Below are positions 17,399-18,790 of a DNA stretch of 18,790 bases, one piece after another. The DNA comes from Candidatus Zixiibacteriota bacterium. GTDB taxonomy: Bacteria > Zixibacteria > MSB-5A5 > CAIYYT01. Below the pieces are notes generated by a model. The model searched no databases, was not told the origin of the DNA, and worked only from the letters and a program-made list of their open reading frames with translations. The position numbers and the translations under genes are program-made. Within the stretch, counting starts at the first letter, position 1; each line of letters begins with the position of its first letter. The stretch lies in the NCBI GenBank assembly GCA_040235515.1, contig JBECKX010000054.1, forward strand, positions 1 to 18,790. The letters are read 5' to 3'.

Positions 17399-17637
17399 AG
17401 CAATTCTCCCGGAACCGGTGCGCAGAGTGCGATCCGCTCCGGGGTAAATCCGGCGCATGAGATTACCACCGAACCCGGCTCAGAATGAGCCTACCGGCCA
17501 GATCATTACTGACCATTCCACTCTGGCTGTCTCTCTATTACGAGACGAATCTGTTTGAGTTGCGTTTAAGGCAAAAATATAAAGTGGTGGGAGAACGCTG
17601 GTCACAGCACCGGTCTCAGCGCTGATCGCACCGCAGC

Positions 17638-18789
17638 CTAGCGTCCCGCGGCGGCGGTGATCATCCTCTCGATGAATTCATCTACCCGATAACCTGATTC
17701 TTCGGCCTGAACAGTGAGCGATTCGAACCGTTCCTGAATCAGTTCTTCCAGCTTTCTCAGCCTGCCCGACTCTTCTGCCGACAGTGTGGCCACACTCCGC
17801 AGCAACGGCAGGAGGGCTTCCCAGCGCTCCTTGTTGAACCAAACGACGTTCTCGTGCCGGTTGATCGCAAGACACTCTCGACCAATCGAGCTGCGGAAAA
17901 GCAGCATCAATTCACGCTGGAATTGACTCTCCTCAAGCAGCAGCAGTTCCCGATGGTCGGCGGCAATCTGGGTCATCAACGCTTCGAGGTAGGCACGGTG
18001 CGCATCCTGATGAATCTCGGTCAAACGGTTGGCAAGTGCCCTGCGCAGCAGCCAGGTGTTCGGAAGCGGTTCCCAACTCGCCGCCTTTTCCCTGGATGAC
18101 CTTGATACATCAGCCCCCGAACGGAGCAGATCGATCGCGATGAAGGTCAGCAGCCCCGGCAGCAACGAGGCTTCCGCTCTATCCGGCTCAGCAGGCATAC
18201 GCTCATCCGGCTTTGCAGGGGCTGTTTCCGTGGGACTCTCCGGTTCAGGCAACGCCTGGCAGAGCTTCTCCAGCTTGGTGACGGCAGCCGCGACGGTATC
18301 TGATAGACCCTCGAAATCAACCAGCGCCTTGAGGAACTCCGCCACATCGTCGAGGAATCTGGCATCGGCGGAGAACGATGATTCTTCTGATTTCAACAAG
18401 CGCTCCCTGCTGAGAGCCTGCTTGAACGGACCGAGCACCGGCTCGTAGCGCCACTCGCGGTAGGCATCCTCAATATTGCCGCTCGCCGCCCCGGCGAGTC
18501 GATCGGCAAATTCCTGCCAGGAGCCATCACTGTCGTAGATTTCGCGAAAGTCAATGAAGGCATGATACTGATAGCCATACAGCTCCGCGAAAAAACCACG
18601 CTCTGCGATCTGCTGACCGCTGCGAATATACTCCTGTGAGGTTCTGTGGTCGCGGAAGATGTAGAAATATCCCGCCTCGGTGCGAAGATCGAGCGCTTCC
18701 GCGAGGCTTCGGTGGACAAAGTGCGGTTGATCGCTAGGTCCGGTATTGATCGCGGTGGAACGGCTAATTGTACCACGCGTCGTATTGTA
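17638..18789 (-). CDS. C-terminal part of a large protein, probably alpha-amylase (GH13) family; start lies beyond the right edge
   Basis: The frame is open from the edge: YNTTRGTISRS...RSLAEALDL...FYIFRDHRTSQEYIRSG...GFFAELYGYQYHAFIDFREI...INRHENVVWFNKE. I recall these motifs from C-termini of long alpha-amylase-family proteins; the catalytic domain is not in the window. Confidence 0.65.
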   Translation of the reverse strand, partial: YNTTRGTISRSTAINTGPSDQPHFVHRSLAEALDLRTEAGYFYIFRDHRTSQEYIRSGQQIAERGFFAELYGYQYHAFIDFREIYDSDGSWQEFADRLAGAASGNIEDAYREWRYEPVLGPFKQALSRERLLKSEESSFSADARFLDDVAEFLKALVDFEGLSDTVAAAVTKLEKLCQALPEPESPTETAPAKPDERMPAEPDRAEASLLPGLLTFIAIDLLRSGADVSRSSREKAASWEPLPNTWLLRRALANRLTEIHQDAHRAYLEALMTQIAADHRELLLLEESQFQRELMLLFRSSIGRECLAINRHENVVWFNKERWEALLPLLRSVATLSAEESGRLRKLEELIQERFESLTVQAEESGYRVDEFIERMITAAAGR

Positions 18790-18790
18790 G

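Noticed and set aside
18393..18776. 127-aa minus-strand ORF suggesting a frameshifted or separate gene
   Set aside because: The frame of 17638-18438 is open to the window edge and is the coherent one.

Overview
GC-rich bacterial chromosomal window, probably from a diderm (signal peptides, a lipoprotein, barrel-like proteins). The long SecA looks FCB-like, but the taxon cannot be fixed from this sequence. Most genes are on the minus strand: ettA (5' part), rsmI, a UPF0173-type metallo-beta-lactamase-fold hydrolase, two tandem paralogous ~610-630 aa secreted beta-rich proteins of unknown family, an rrf2-cysteine desulfurase-mnmA tRNA thiolation operon, a small helical ORF, secA, a lipoprotein, a LytTR regulator with a dead receiver domain, and the 3' part of a large probable GH13 alpha-amylase-family gene. 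A bactofilin-like membrane protein and a CXXCH haem protein are on the plus strand. No CRISPR array, rRNA, tRNA or transposase was seen. The best candidate for an undescribed system is the lower-GC pair of paralogous, internally 4-fold repeated putative outer-membrane barrels at 2955-6675. Other oddities: a Gly-to-Cys change in the SecA Walker A motif, an in-frame insertion in mnmA carrying a dRS3-like palindrome, a cluster of REP-like palindromes with compensatory changes, and a structured leader starting exactly at a predicted transcription start.
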